Shown here: piece after piece, positions 27,787 through 36,655 of the stretch
Layout of the letters: each line of letters starts with the position of its first letter
Position numbering within the stretch: the first letter of the stretch is position 1
From: Longimicrobiales bacterium
GTDB taxonomy: Bacteria; Gemmatimonadota; Gemmatimonadetes; Longimicrobiales; RSA9
DNA length: 55,643 nt
Direction of reading: 5' to 3'
Assembly (NCBI GenBank): GCA_035513345.1
Contig: DATKCF010000045.1
Location: 1 to 55,643 of the forward strand
Made by a program: the position numbers and the translations under genes
Notes under the pieces: generated by a model
Database searches by the model: none
Seen by the model: only the letters and a program-made list of their open reading frames with translations
What the model was told of the DNA's origin: nothing

Positions 27787-30039
27787 TCACCGGCTCAGAC
27801 CCCAGCGCGCACCCACGATCACCTGGCGGCCGCGGACCGGACCCCACACCCACGTCGTGTCGAACGCGTCACCGAACGGATTCGCCGGATCCACCAGCGG
27901 AGAGCCCTGCGTGAAATCGAAGAGATTGTTCGCCGCCGCGTAGATCTCGACGCCACCGGCCAGTGTCAGCCCCGCTCGCAGATTGTGCACCGAGTGCGCC
28001 GGTGACCGCGTCCGCCGCTCGAACGGCGCTTCGTATTCCGGCAGCCGCATCGGCCCGACGAACGAACCGGTCCAGTCGAGCGTCAACGCAGGCCGCGCGA
28101 ACGTCCACGTCAGCCCGAGCACTCCCTTCCACGATGGCGAATGGATCTCGGCCCGCTCGATGCCATCGCGCATCACGCGCACGTCCTGCACGGTCGCGCC
28201 CGCCGTGTATCGCAGCGGGAACCGCGCGAAGTTCTGATTCAGCGAGAACGCGAAGCCGCGCGACACCGAATGGCCACGCAGGTTGTCGTACACGATCAGC
28301 GCCGGATCCGCGTCGTAGTCGGCAACGATCCGGTTCGTGAATCGCGTGTGGAACGCATCCACGTCGATCATCATCGGATTGACACCGAAATCGACCACGC
28401 GATTCACGTTGAGCGCCACACTCCACGAGCGCTCTGGCCGGAGCGCGTCCGCGACAACCACTTCGCGCGCGCCCGTCAGAGCCGCGTGGTCCTCCGTGAA
28501 CAGGTTCACCACCCGGAAACCGGTGCCCGCGTTCAGCCGGATCTGCGTCTCGTCGAACGGCCGCCACAGAACGTTCAGTCTGGGCGACACGATGCCGCCG
28601 TGCTCCTCGTGATGATCGACCCGCATTCCGCCGACCACCGTCAGCGAACCACCAATGTCGAACTCGTCCTGCACGAACAGGCCGGGAATCAGCTGGCGCT
28701 CCGGCTCGCCCGTCGCAGGCGTGTCATCGTCGTACGTCTGCCACCGCATCGCCGCGCCAGCCAGCACGTCGTGGCCGCCCGGCCGTGCTCGCCACGTCAC
28801 CTGGCCCCACGCGATCGCCTGGCGAGCGTCGTACCGGACATCGCCGTACCAGCTCTCCTGGTCGTGAATGGAAAGCGACACGTCCGCCGACAACCATTCC
28901 ATGCCCGACGGCCGGATCGTGCCGAGAAGCTCCGCCCTCCGCGTCTTCACCCATTCGCCGTATACGCTCGAACTGCCACGGTCCGACTCCGACCAACCCA
29001 GTTGCCCCCCGAATCGGTCCTCCCGATACACCTTCGCCGTCAGCATCCCGCGGCGTTCGCCCTCCCGCCGCCACTCGAGTTTGCCGAACACAGCCACACG
29101 ATCCAGCAGCGGCGAGTCCGTGAAGCCGTCCGCATTCGCGTCCAGCCGTGCATCCGCCCGCGTCGCCGTAGCGCTCAACAGCCCGCCCAACCCGTCCCCC
29201 CGGAATGATGCCGCCGCGTTCACGTTCGTTTCACCGCCCGACGAACGGTTCCCATCGATCACCAGCCGCGGCGCAAACCGCGGGCTCTTCGTGATCACGT
29301 TCACCACACCGCCCATCGCCTCCGTCCCGTAAAGCGTCGACGCCGGACCCTTCAGTATTTCCAGCTGCTCGACCAGCCCAGGGTCGATCCCGTTCAGCCC
29401 GTACACCGACGCCAGACCGCCCATGATCGGCATGCCATCGATCAGAACCGCCGTGTACGGACCCTCCATCCCGTTGATCCGGATGTTGTTCGTGTAGCAC
29501 ACCCCGCAGTCCACCTGGGCGTACAGCCCGTTCACATGCCCGATCACCTCCATCAGACTGCTCGCCACCGTCCGCTGCAGCTGTCGCCCGGACACGACGT
29601 CCACCTTGGCCGGCGACTCCGACACCGTCGTCTCACGCATCAGACCCGTCACCACAATCGCATCCAGCATCACGGCCGTAGCCCGCAACTCGATCTCCAC
29701 TTCCAGCCAGTCGCTACCCTGCACTTCGACCGTCCGCCGGGCCCCCTCGTGACCGAGCGCGCTCACCGACAGCGCGTGCCGACCGGGTGGCAGCCCCAGC
29801 CGGAACCGACCCGCGCTGTCCGTCAGCGCCGGCGCCACCCCGACCGCCGTCTCCACCGCCGCGCCCGCAACCGGCCGGTCGTTGGCCATGACGCGCCCCG
29901 CGACGCCCTGGCCCGCGGCCGTCGACGGCGCGACCGCCAGGACAAGGGCGCCGAGGCCGATACCGCTGATGCACCACAGGCCGCGATCGATCGATCGCCG
30001 GCTTGTACTGGTTGGGTGTGCCGGATAGCAGCCGCGCAT
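27787..30039 (-). CDS. TonB-dependent outer-membrane receptor with N-terminal carboxypeptidase-regulatory-like domain
   Basis: N-terminal 'GVAGRVMANDRPVAGAAVE' CarbopepD_reg fold. Plug-domain motifs (..DAIVVTG.., ..GGVVNVITK..). C-terminal barrel ending in aromatic 'WGLSR'-type terminus. AT-rich promoter-like region at 30040-30110. Confidence 0.85.
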   Translation of the reverse strand: MRGCYPAHPTSTSRRSIDRGLWCISGIGLGALVLAVAPSTAAGQGVAGRVMANDRPVAGAAVETAVGVAPALTDSAGRFRLGLPPGRHALSVSALGHEGARRTVEVQGSDWLEVEIELRATAVMLDAIVVTGLMRETTVSESPAKVDVVSGRQLQRTVASSLMEVIGHVNGLYAQVDCGVCYTNNIRINGMEGPYTAVLIDGMPIMGGLASVYGLNGIDPGLVEQLEILKGPASTLYGTEAMGGVVNVITKSPRFAPRLVIDGNRSSGGETNVNAAASFRGDGLGGLLSATATRADARLDANADGFTDSPLLDRVAVFGKLEWRREGERRGMLTAKVYREDRFGGQLGWSESDRGSSSVYGEWVKTRRAELLGTIRPSGMEWLSADVSLSIHDQESWYGDVRYDARQAIAWGQVTWRARPGGHDVLAGAAMRWQTYDDDTPATGEPERQLIPGLFVQDEFDIGGSLTVVGGMRVDHHEEHGGIVSPRLNVLWRPFDETQIRLNAGTGFRVVNLFTEDHAALTGAREVVVADALRPERSWSVALNVNRVVDFGVNPMMIDVDAFHTRFTNRIVADYDADPALIVYDNLRGHSVSRGFAFSLNQNFARFPLRYTAGATVQDVRVMRDGIERAEIHSPSWKGVLGLTWTFARPALTLDWTGSFVGPMRLPEYEAPFERRTRSPAHSVHNLRAGLTLAGGVEIYAAANNLFDFTQGSPLVDPANPFGDAFDTTWVWGPVRGRQVIVGARWGLSR

Positions 30040-30182
30040 ATTTTAGCTGTGCCTGATTAATTGTTTAGCCATACCTAAATCTCGGCACACAACGCGCCTC
30101 AGTCAACCCCTTTCGTGGATCAGTCAAACCGCGGAGCGCGGCGGGCTACGCCCGTTTCACGACGACACCAGACCGGCAGGGG

Positions 30183-30746
30183 TCAGTTCGAAGACGGTGC
30201 TCCGAACCGCAGCATGACGGACGAAACGGCGCCGTCCCGGCCGATCGTGACGATGTAGAGCCGGTCGTATTCGGTCTCGGGCATGGTTGCGACGGGGTCG
30301 CCCCCGAGGGATTGCACGAGTGCCGGTGTTGTGTTGGAGTGACCGGCGACGAGGATGCGGCCGGGTCCGCTGCGGAGTGTCTGGATGAAGGCCTGCATGG
30401 CGTCCTGATCGCGCGGGTCATAGGTCTGGATGGGGACGCGGGCCCTGTCGGCAACCGGTTTCGCGGTGTCCATGGTCCTGCGGAACGGCGTGGAGTAGAC
30501 GGCGGTGAGGCCGGCATCGCCGAGGATGCGAGCGAGTTCGGCGGCACGGGCGACGCCGGCGGAGGTGAGGCCGGGATCGCGGGGATCGTCATCGGCGCGC
30601 TCTGCGTGCCGGACGAGGAAGATGGTCGTTGCCTGGTCGCTGATCTGCGCTGCCGCGGGTGCTGGCGCGAGCGCGATGGTGACGAGCAGTGCCGCTGCGA
30701 AGGCGGGCCGGGCGAAGGTCCTGTGGCGGAAGTTTCTCTTTTTCAT
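30183..30746 (-). CDS. Histidine phosphatase superfamily protein (SixA/phosphoglycerate-mutase-like), secreted
   Basis: The Met at 30746 (MKKRNFRHRTFARPAFAAALLVTIALAPAPAAAQ, signal peptide). Catalytic 'FLVRHAERADD' RHG motif and a second His in 'ILVAGHSNT'. Confidence 0.75.
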   Translation of the reverse strand: MKKRNFRHRTFARPAFAAALLVTIALAPAPAAAQISDQATTIFLVRHAERADDDPRDPGLTSAGVARAAELARILGDAGLTAVYSTPFRRTMDTAKPVADRARVPIQTYDPRDQDAMQAFIQTLRSGPGRILVAGHSNTTPALVQSLGGDPVATMPETEYDRLYIVTIGRDGAVSSVMLRFGAPSSN

Positions 30747-30761
30747 TGAAGTTCCGTGAGT

Positions 30762-31141
30762 CAGGTTTCCGGGGGCTGGTTTCTGGTCACGTTTCTGGGG
30801 CTCGTTTCTGGGGCTGGTTTCTGGGGTGCGGGCCGGGCGGTGTTCCGGTGGCACCCTCCCCCCCACCTCGCGAACCATCTTCGCATCCGGTCAGCCGGAT
30901 CGGCCGGACCGGCACCGAATTCCCCGATCAGCGCACCCCAAGCTAGCACCAGGAACCGGCACCGGAAACCTGCACCAGACACGTTTCTGGGGCTGGTTTC
31001 CGGGGTTCGCGCCGGGCGATGTTCCGGCGCCACACGCCTCCCCGTCTCGCGAAGCATGTTCGCAGTCGGTCAGCCGGACCGGCACCGACTTCCCTGATCC
31101 GCGGACCCCGGAAAGAGCCCCAGAAACCAGCCCCAGAAACG
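30762..31141. mobile_element. Two tandem MITE-like elements (~150-160 bp each, ~75% identical cores) with 24-bp terminal inverted repeats cgtttctggggctggtttc(c/t)gggg, plus 12-mer (gtttctggggct) expansions
   Basis: Copy 2 spans 30982..31141. Left TIR 30982-31005; right TIR 31118-31141 is its exact reverse complement bar 1 mismatch. Copy 1 spans ~30791..30975 with the same left TIR (30803-30826), extra 12-mer repeats, and a degenerate right TIR. Non-coding, in a divergent intergenic region. Confidence 0.6.
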
Positions 31142-31147
31142 TTTCGA

Positions 31148-31188
31148 AAAAAACGTGTCGAAACGTGTCGAAAAACGTGTCAGACGCT
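31148..31188. repeat. Short direct repeats aacgtgtcgaaa (x3) in an A-rich segment upstream of the BNR-protein gene
   Basis: gtttcgaaaaaaacgtgtcgaaacgtgtcgaaaaacgtgtcag. Unusually AT-rich for this genome, ~130 nt upstream of the start at 31318. Confidence 0.45.
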
Positions 31189-31317
31189 GGCGCGAACCAT
31201 GTCCACGATGGTCACTTGCCACACCCGCGGTGGCAGCGCAGTTTGCACGTCAGGAACGGGCCCGCCGCCCGCGGTGCGGGCCAACGTAACGAATCTCTCG
31301 GTTCAGAGGTTTCCGCC

Positions 31318-34300
31318 ATGCGACGTCGTGTCCTCGTCCCCGCTCTTGCGCTCCTCGCTGGTGCCGTCCATGACGCGGCGGCTCAGCAACCCCTGATGCA
31401 GTCGGTCGATCCGGCCCTGTTCCGGGGCCTCGAGTACCGACTCGTCGGCCCGTCGCAGGGCGGCCGCGTGAACACGGTGACCGGCGTACCTTCGCAGCCG
31501 AACACGTTCTACATGGGCATCGCCAGCGGCGGCGTGTTCCGCACGACGGACGCCGGCGAATCGTGGGTCCCGATCACGGACGGCCAGGTACCGGTCGCGT
31601 CGGCCGGCGATGTCGCCGTCTCCCTGTCGGATCCCGACATCATCTATTTCGGCACGGGCGCCGACGGCATGCGCAGCAACGTCTCGACCGGCCGCGGCGT
31701 GTACAGAACGACTGACGGCGGCGACACGTGGTCGTTCGCCGGACTCTATGACGTCGGGCAGATCGGCGCTCTGCGCATTCATCCGACGAACCCTGACATC
31801 GTCTGGGTCGCCGCCGGTGGCGATGCGTTCAGAAAGTCGCACGACCGCGGCATGTACAAGACTGTGGACGGCGGTCAGACGTGGCGCAGGACGCTTTTCC
31901 TCGCCGACAGTATCGGCGCGATGGATGTCGAGTTGATGCCGGGCAATCCGGATGTTGTCTACGCCTGGATGAACCGCATCGAGCGCAAGCCGTGGACAAT
32001 CATCAGCGGCTCGCGCAGCGGCGGCTTCTACAAGAGCACGGACGGCGGCGAGACGTGGCGCAACATCACGAACGGATTGCCGACCGGCCTCATCGGCAAG
32101 GGCAACCTGGGTACGACGGCGGCGAACCCGCAGCGTATCTATGCGCTGGTCGAGGCGTCGCCGGGAGGCGGCGTGTACCGCTCCGATGATGCGGGCGAGT
32201 CGTGGCAGTACGTCAATGATGACGGCGCGCCCGTGCAGAGGCCATTCTACTACACGACGCTCGGCACCGACCCGACGAACGCGGACGTCGTCTATGTTGG
32301 CGCCGAGACATTCTTCCGGTCGACCGATGCCGGTGTCACGCTCACCCGCATGACGTTGCCTCACGTCGACCACCACTCGATCTGGGTCAGCCCGCACGAT
32401 GGCAATCTGATGATTCAGGCCAATGACGGCGGCGCCAACGTGTCGTTCGACGGCGGCAACACATGGAGCACGCAATACAACCAGCCGACGTCGGAGCTGT
32501 ACGGCGTCTGGCTGGATGACGCGTTCCCGTACAACCTGTACATGGCGCAGCAGGACGATGGCACGCACATCCTGTCGATGCTGGCGGACGGCGGCGAGCG
32601 CGGTGTGGACTGGTTCAGCGGACCCGGCTGTGAGACCGGCCCGCTGCTGCCGCACCCGACGAGACCCGAAATCGTCTATGGCTCGTGCAAGGGTCAGTAC
32701 CAGTATCTGAACCGCGCGATGGATCAGACGCGCAACTACTGGGTTGGCGGGCAGTCGCTGTACGGCAATCCGGCGAGCGACCTGATCCTGCGGTTCCAGC
32801 GCGTATCACCGATGGAGGCGTCACCGCACGACCCTGACGTGCTGTATTACGGATCGCAGCACGTACACCGGACGCGTGACCTCGGCGCGACGTGGGAGAC
32901 GATATCGCCCGACCTGACGTGGAACCCGGAATGCTGCCAGGGCGTGAGTGGCGAACCGATCACGCGCGATGTCACGGGCGAGGAGTTCTACAGCGCGCTG
33001 TACGCGATCCGCGAATCGTTGCATGAACCGGGTGTCATCTGGGTCGGCTCGAATGATGGACCGTTCCACATCACGCGCAACAACGGTCTCGAGTGGACGG
33101 ACATCACACCGCCCGACCTGCCCGAAGGCGGCCGCGTCCAGTTCATCGAGCCGTCGCCTCACCGGCCCGGTTCCGCGTACTACGCCGTGCACCGGTTCCT
33201 GCTCGGCGACTACACGCCGTACATCTACCGGACGGACGACTACGGTCAGTCGTGGCAGCTGCTGACGGACGGCACGAACGGCATTCCGGAGGATTGGCCG
33301 ACGCGGGTGGTACGCGAGGATCCGGACCGCGAGGGTCTGCTGTATGCGGGCACGGAGTTCGGCATGTTCATCTCGTTCGACAACGGCGCCAACTGGCAGC
33401 CGTTCCGACTGAACATGCCGCACGTCCCGATCTCCGACATGAAGCTCAAGAACAAGGATCTCGTGGTCGTGACGCAGGGCCGCGGTGCGTGGATCCTCGA
33501 CAACGTGTCCTCGCTGCATCAGATCGGTCCGCAGATCAACGCGAACGAGCCGCACCTCTATCGTCCGCGTGACGGATACCGCACACGCACCGGCACAAAC
33601 ATACTCGGTCCGAATATTGACTACCATCTGCCGGGACCACCCACCGTCGGTGTCTCGATCGACATTCTCGATACGGCCGGCGCCGTCGTGAACTCGTACC
33701 GCAGCACGTCGGGCACGGCCGCGGCGGCAGGCCGCGGACGTGGAGGTGATGCGGGCGCGATGGGCGGCCGCGGACGTGGCGGTCGCGGCGGATCCGGCGC
33801 TGCTCCGTCGGTGACTCCTGACGCGGGCCACAACCGGTTCGTCTGGAACGCCATGCACTCGAACGGCCTGTTCGCTCCGCCCGGCGCCTATCACGTGCGC
33901 CTCACGGTCGGCAACCGCACGTTCACGCAGCCGTTCAACATGGTGATCGATCCGCGGCTCGAGGCCGAGGGCATCAGTGCGGCCGATCTGCGCGAGCAGT
34001 TCGACCACAATACGCGGATGCGCGCGATGGTCGAGGAAGTCAATGCGCTCGTTCAGCGCGTGCGCAACGAACAGACGCGGCTCGAAGGCGGGGCCGGCCA
34101 GGATGCGCAGCGGAAGCGGCAGATCGATGCGTTGGTCGACCAGCTCGTCGCCGGTCCCGTCCGCTACTCCGCACCCGGCCTGCGCGACCATATCCAGTAT
34201 CTCGCAGGCATGACCTCGCGCGGTGACCAGAAGGTCGGCAACCAGGCCACCGAGCGGTACGCCGTGCTGCGCTCCGAACTCGATCGTATCAGGGCCGAAG

Positions 34301-34329
34301 TCGATCGCCTGCTTGGTCCCGGAGGTTGA
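31318..34329 (+). CDS. Secreted BNR/Asp-box repeat protein with two beta-propellers (sortilin/VPS10-like, GH74/xyloglucanase-like fold), ~1003 aa, with Gly/Arg-rich low-complexity segment
   Basis: The start is at the ATG at 31318 (MRRRVLVPALALLAGAVHDAAAQ, signal peptide). The ORF-track upstream extension to 30826 runs through the MITE repeats. It has multiple S-x-D-x-G-x-T-W motifs (TTDAGESW, TTDGGDTW, TVDGGQTW, STDGGETW, SDDAGESW, SFDGGNTW, TRDLGATW, TDDYGQSW). Confidence 0.8.
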   Translation: MRRRVLVPALALLAGAVHDAAAQQPLMQSVDPALFRGLEYRLVGPSQGGRVNTVTGVPSQPNTFYMGIASGGVFRTTDAGESWVPITDGQVPVASAGDVAVSLSDPDIIYFGTGADGMRSNVSTGRGVYRTTDGGDTWSFAGLYDVGQIGALRIHPTNPDIVWVAAGGDAFRKSHDRGMYKTVDGGQTWRRTLFLADSIGAMDVELMPGNPDVVYAWMNRIERKPWTIISGSRSGGFYKSTDGGETWRNITNGLPTGLIGKGNLGTTAANPQRIYALVEASPGGGVYRSDDAGESWQYVNDDGAPVQRPFYYTTLGTDPTNADVVYVGAETFFRSTDAGVTLTRMTLPHVDHHSIWVSPHDGNLMIQANDGGANVSFDGGNTWSTQYNQPTSELYGVWLDDAFPYNLYMAQQDDGTHILSMLADGGERGVDWFSGPGCETGPLLPHPTRPEIVYGSCKGQYQYLNRAMDQTRNYWVGGQSLYGNPASDLILRFQRVSPMEASPHDPDVLYYGSQHVHRTRDLGATWETISPDLTWNPECCQGVSGEPITRDVTGEEFYSALYAIRESLHEPGVIWVGSNDGPFHITRNNGLEWTDITPPDLPEGGRVQFIEPSPHRPGSAYYAVHRFLLGDYTPYIYRTDDYGQSWQLLTDGTNGIPEDWPTRVVREDPDREGLLYAGTEFGMFISFDNGANWQPFRLNMPHVPISDMKLKNKDLVVVTQGRGAWILDNVSSLHQIGPQINANEPHLYRPRDGYRTRTGTNILGPNIDYHLPGPPTVGVSIDILDTAGAVVNSYRSTSGTAAAAGRGRGGDAGAMGGRGRGGRGGSGAAPSVTPDAGHNRFVWNAMHSNGLFAPPGAYHVRLTVGNRTFTQPFNMVIDPRLEAEGISAADLREQFDHNTRMRAMVEEVNALVQRVRNEQTRLEGGAGQDAQRKRQIDALVDQLVAGPVRYSAPGLRDHIQYLAGMTSRGDQKVGNQATERYAVLRSELDRIRAEVDRLLGPGG

Positions 34330-34413
34330 TCACGGCGGGGTTCAGCCATTGACGGGAGAGAGCCGATCCTCTAGTGTGGTGCTCCGACACCATACCGGAA
34401 TGACGACGTGAGA

Positions 34414-34491
34414 ATGCACTCGAGCCAGTACGCCATTTCCTATTATTACGCGACCCGAGCCACGGGCCGCGGTGAGAGGCGTATGCGCTGA
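34414..34491 (+). promoter_or_regulatory. Putative tyrosine-rich leader peptide ORF (MHSSQYAISYYYATRATGRGERRMR), part of a candidate attenuator for phhA
   Basis: The ATG at 34414 (weak gaga RBS), 25 codons, 4 Tyr codons including three consecutive (tat tat tac at 34441-34449, an AT-rich island). Stop at 34489-34491. Confidence 0.4.
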
Positions 34492-34519
34492 GTGCACTGA
34501 CCCTCGAACGACCGTAGCG

Positions 34520-34553
34520 GCGGCCCGTGGATCTTCCACGGGCCGCTTTTTTT
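34520..34553 (+). terminator. Rho-independent terminator (gcggcccgtgg-atctt-ccacgggccgc + T7), 23 nt upstream of the phhA start codon
   Basis: Perfect 11-bp GC-rich stem followed by ttttttt. The 3' arm sequence ccacgggccgc is duplicated at 34460-34470 inside the leader ORF, which allows an alternative (antiterminator) pairing with 34520-34530. Confidence 0.8.
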
Positions 34554-34576
34554 GCGTCCCTTACCGCGAGGAACAG

Positions 34577-35314
34577 ATGGATGCGACAGCGAATGCGGAT
34601 GCCGACTTCTTCACCGCCCAGGACTGGTCGGCGTACACGGATGAAGACCACGAGGTCTGGGGCATCCTGTATGAACGGCGGATGCAGCAGCTCGAGGAGA
34701 ACGGCAGCCGGCTGTTTCTCGATGGCGCGGCCACGATCGAGCTGCGCCGGGACCGTGTCCCCGATCTGGCCGAGGTCAACGCCAGGCTCGGACCGCGGAC
34801 AGGCTGGAACGCGGTTCCGGTCAGGGGCTTCATTCCGGCGCACGAGTTCTTCACGTGCCTGTCGCAACGACGTTTTCCGACGACCGTGATCGTTCGCTCG
34901 AAGGAGCAGCTCGACTACTTGCCGGAGCCGGACATATTCCATGACGTCTTCGGTCACGTTCCGCTCCACGCTGACCCGATGTTCGCGGATTTCCTCCAGC
35001 GATTCGGCAGCGTGGCCGCGCGCGCACGTACGCCGGACGAAACCGCTCAGATGGCACGTCTGTTCTGGTTCACGGTCGAGTTCGGACTGATCCGCGAGGC
35101 GGGTGACGTGAAGGTCTACGGCAGCGGCCTGATCTCGTCGCACGGCGATGCGGCGAATGCGCTCGGCCCGGCATGCGAACGCAGGCCGTTCGACCTCGAT
35201 GGCGTCATCGGCCAGCCGTTCGAGATCGACCGGTTCCAGGACGTGCTGTTCGTGGTTGACGCCTTCGATCAGCTGTTCGAGGCGGTGTCGGCGATGGAAC
35301 GGCGGATCGCGTGA
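34577..35314 (+). CDS. phhA: Phenylalanine-4-hydroxylase (aromatic amino acid hydroxylase, bacterial PhhA type)
   Basis: 'PEPDIFHDVFGHVPL' and 'FWFTVEFGL' iron-binding motifs. ~245 aa. Start at the Met at 34577 with gagg upstream. The overlapping antisense ORF 34289..35143 was rejected. Confidence 0.9.
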   Translation: MDATANADADFFTAQDWSAYTDEDHEVWGILYERRMQQLEENGSRLFLDGAATIELRRDRVPDLAEVNARLGPRTGWNAVPVRGFIPAHEFFTCLSQRRFPTTVIVRSKEQLDYLPEPDIFHDVFGHVPLHADPMFADFLQRFGSVAARARTPDETAQMARLFWFTVEFGLIREAGDVKVYGSGLISSHGDAANALGPACERRPFDLDGVIGQPFEIDRFQDVLFVVDAFDQLFEAVSAMERRIA

Positions 35315-35326
35315 AGCGCGCCCGAC

Positions 35327-36655
35327 TCAGTGGCGGAATCGCGCGACGATCCACTCGGAGATCATTGACAATGCCGTGGGCGAGAATGTTTCCTCGATCG
35401 ATGCATACTCGGCTGGCACGCCGAGCGTCGCGGTCTGGAACAGGTGGTTCAGGCCGGCCAGCTCGTGGACCGCCACATCGCCGTTGCCGGCCCGCTCGAG
35501 CGCGGCTTCGATTTCCGGCAGGTTCTGTTCCGGCGGGACCTGGAGGTCGAGTGATCCGTTCAGCGCGAGGACGGGCACCCTGACGGCCTCGAGCGAGGGT
35601 CGCGGATCGTAGCGCAGGAAGTTGCGGAACCAGGGTGACGTCACCTGGCGGATCTGCGCGTCAGTGTACGCGTCGATCTGTGCTTCGGACGTCCCGATCG
35701 CGGCCCGCTCGGCGGCACTCGCCGAATCGATCGCGGATCGCAGGACTTCGCGCAGGCGCCGGGCAGTCGTTGCTTCGTCCTCATCGGCGCGTAACACATC
35801 GTGTACCCGGCGCTGCGTTGCGAGCGAGCGCGCAATCATCTCCTCGCTGGCGCCGCTCGCACGCGAGACCTTCTCGATCTGCGCCAGCAGGATCTCCTCA
35901 CCCGGGACGCCGGGCCCCGCGAGCAGAACGATCCAGGCGACACCTTCGGATTGGGCGGCTGCCGCCGGCGCGACGAGCCCTCCCTCGCTGTGCCCGATCA
36001 GGCCCACCGCGTCAGCATCGATGTCCGGCCGGCCGCGCAGGTACTCGGTGGCGGCGAGCGCGTCCGTCACGAAATCGGCGGTCGTCGCGGTCGCGAAGTC
36101 GCCTTCGGAGCCGGCGACGCCGCGGTCGTCGTACCGTAGCACCGCGATGCCGTTGCGGGTCAGATGGTCCGCCAGAACGAGGAACGGCTTGTGTCCCATG
36201 AGCGACTCGTCACGATCCTGCGGCCCCGATCCGCTGACGAGCACGGCCGCCGGGTGCGTGCCCGGCAATCGTGGCTTCGTGAGCGTGGCGGCGAGTGTAA
36301 TGCCGGCTGCCGCGTTGTGGAACGTGACTTCCTCGGTGTCGTATGGCAGCGGCCCGGTCGGCTCCTGCGGCCTTGGCTGGCGAGCTGGCACGTCACCCTT
36401 CGTGATCTCGAGCGCGAGCGTCATTCCGCCCTGCCTGAACTCACCGGCGAACTTCGTACTGTCCGCCGAAAGCGCGGCATCGTACTCGACGCCCAGGCCG
36501 TTGATCCGGACCTTCAGCGAATCGCCGGTAAACGTCACTTCGTCGAGCGGGATGCCGGTCGCACCCTGGTTCGGGCTGTCCAGCGTGCCTGTCAACGCGC
36601 CCGAACTGTCCGCCGCAAAATGGAAAACGAGCGTCAGACCGGGTCCGGCCGGCAA
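35327..36655 (-). CDS. Alpha/beta-hydrolase (S33/S9-like, GHSEGG nucleophile elbow) with N-terminal lipocalin-like beta domain. Read from a TTG at 36655, it has no signal peptide. See the in-frame upstream signal-peptide ORF 36701..36799.
   Basis: 'VGLIGHSEGGLVAPAAAAQ' nucleophile motif and a C-terminal 'LNHLF' His region. An upstream in-frame 33-codon ORF (ATG 36799, RBS gggagg) encodes 'MGKRIVHALLTTAAVFAPTAIITMTTVLLPSPA' followed by TGA (36698-36700), and then continues in the same frame into this CDS. Confidence 0.75.
   Translation of the reverse strand: MPAGPGLTLVFHFAADSSGALTGTLDSPNQGATGIPLDEVTFTGDSLKVRINGLGVEYDAALSADSTKFAGEFRQGGMTLALEITKGDVPARQPRPQEPTGPLPYDTEEVTFHNAAAGITLAATLTKPRLPGTHPAAVLVSGSGPQDRDESLMGHKPFLVLADHLTRNGIAVLRYDDRGVAGSEGDFATATTADFVTDALAATEYLRGRPDIDADAVGLIGHSEGGLVAPAAAAQSEGVAWIVLLAGPGVPGEEILLAQIEKVSRASGASEEMIARSLATQRRVHDVLRADEDEATTARRLREVLRSAIDSASAAERAAIGTSEAQIDAYTDAQIRQVTSPWFRNFLRYDPRPSLEAVRVPVLALNGSLDLQVPPEQNLPEIEAALERAGNGDVAVHELAGLNHLFQTATLGVPAEYASIEETFSPTALSMISEWIVARFRH

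Noticed and set aside
30826-31317. N-terminal extension of the 1167-aa ORF
   Set aside because: It runs through the MITE-like repeats and the A-rich iterons. A signal-peptide-bearing Met at 31318 gives a sensible secreted protein start.
34340-34413. Independent small RNA in the 5' part of the BNR-gene/phhA spacer
   Set aside because: No recognisable sRNA family features. The hairpins are better explained as part of the phhA leader or the 3' UTR of the upstream gene. Retained only as context for the attenuator hypothesis.
34289-35143. 284-aa minus-strand ORF
   Set aside because: Antisense to phhA, which has unmistakable aromatic amino acid hydroxylase iron-binding motifs. No motifs on the minus frame.
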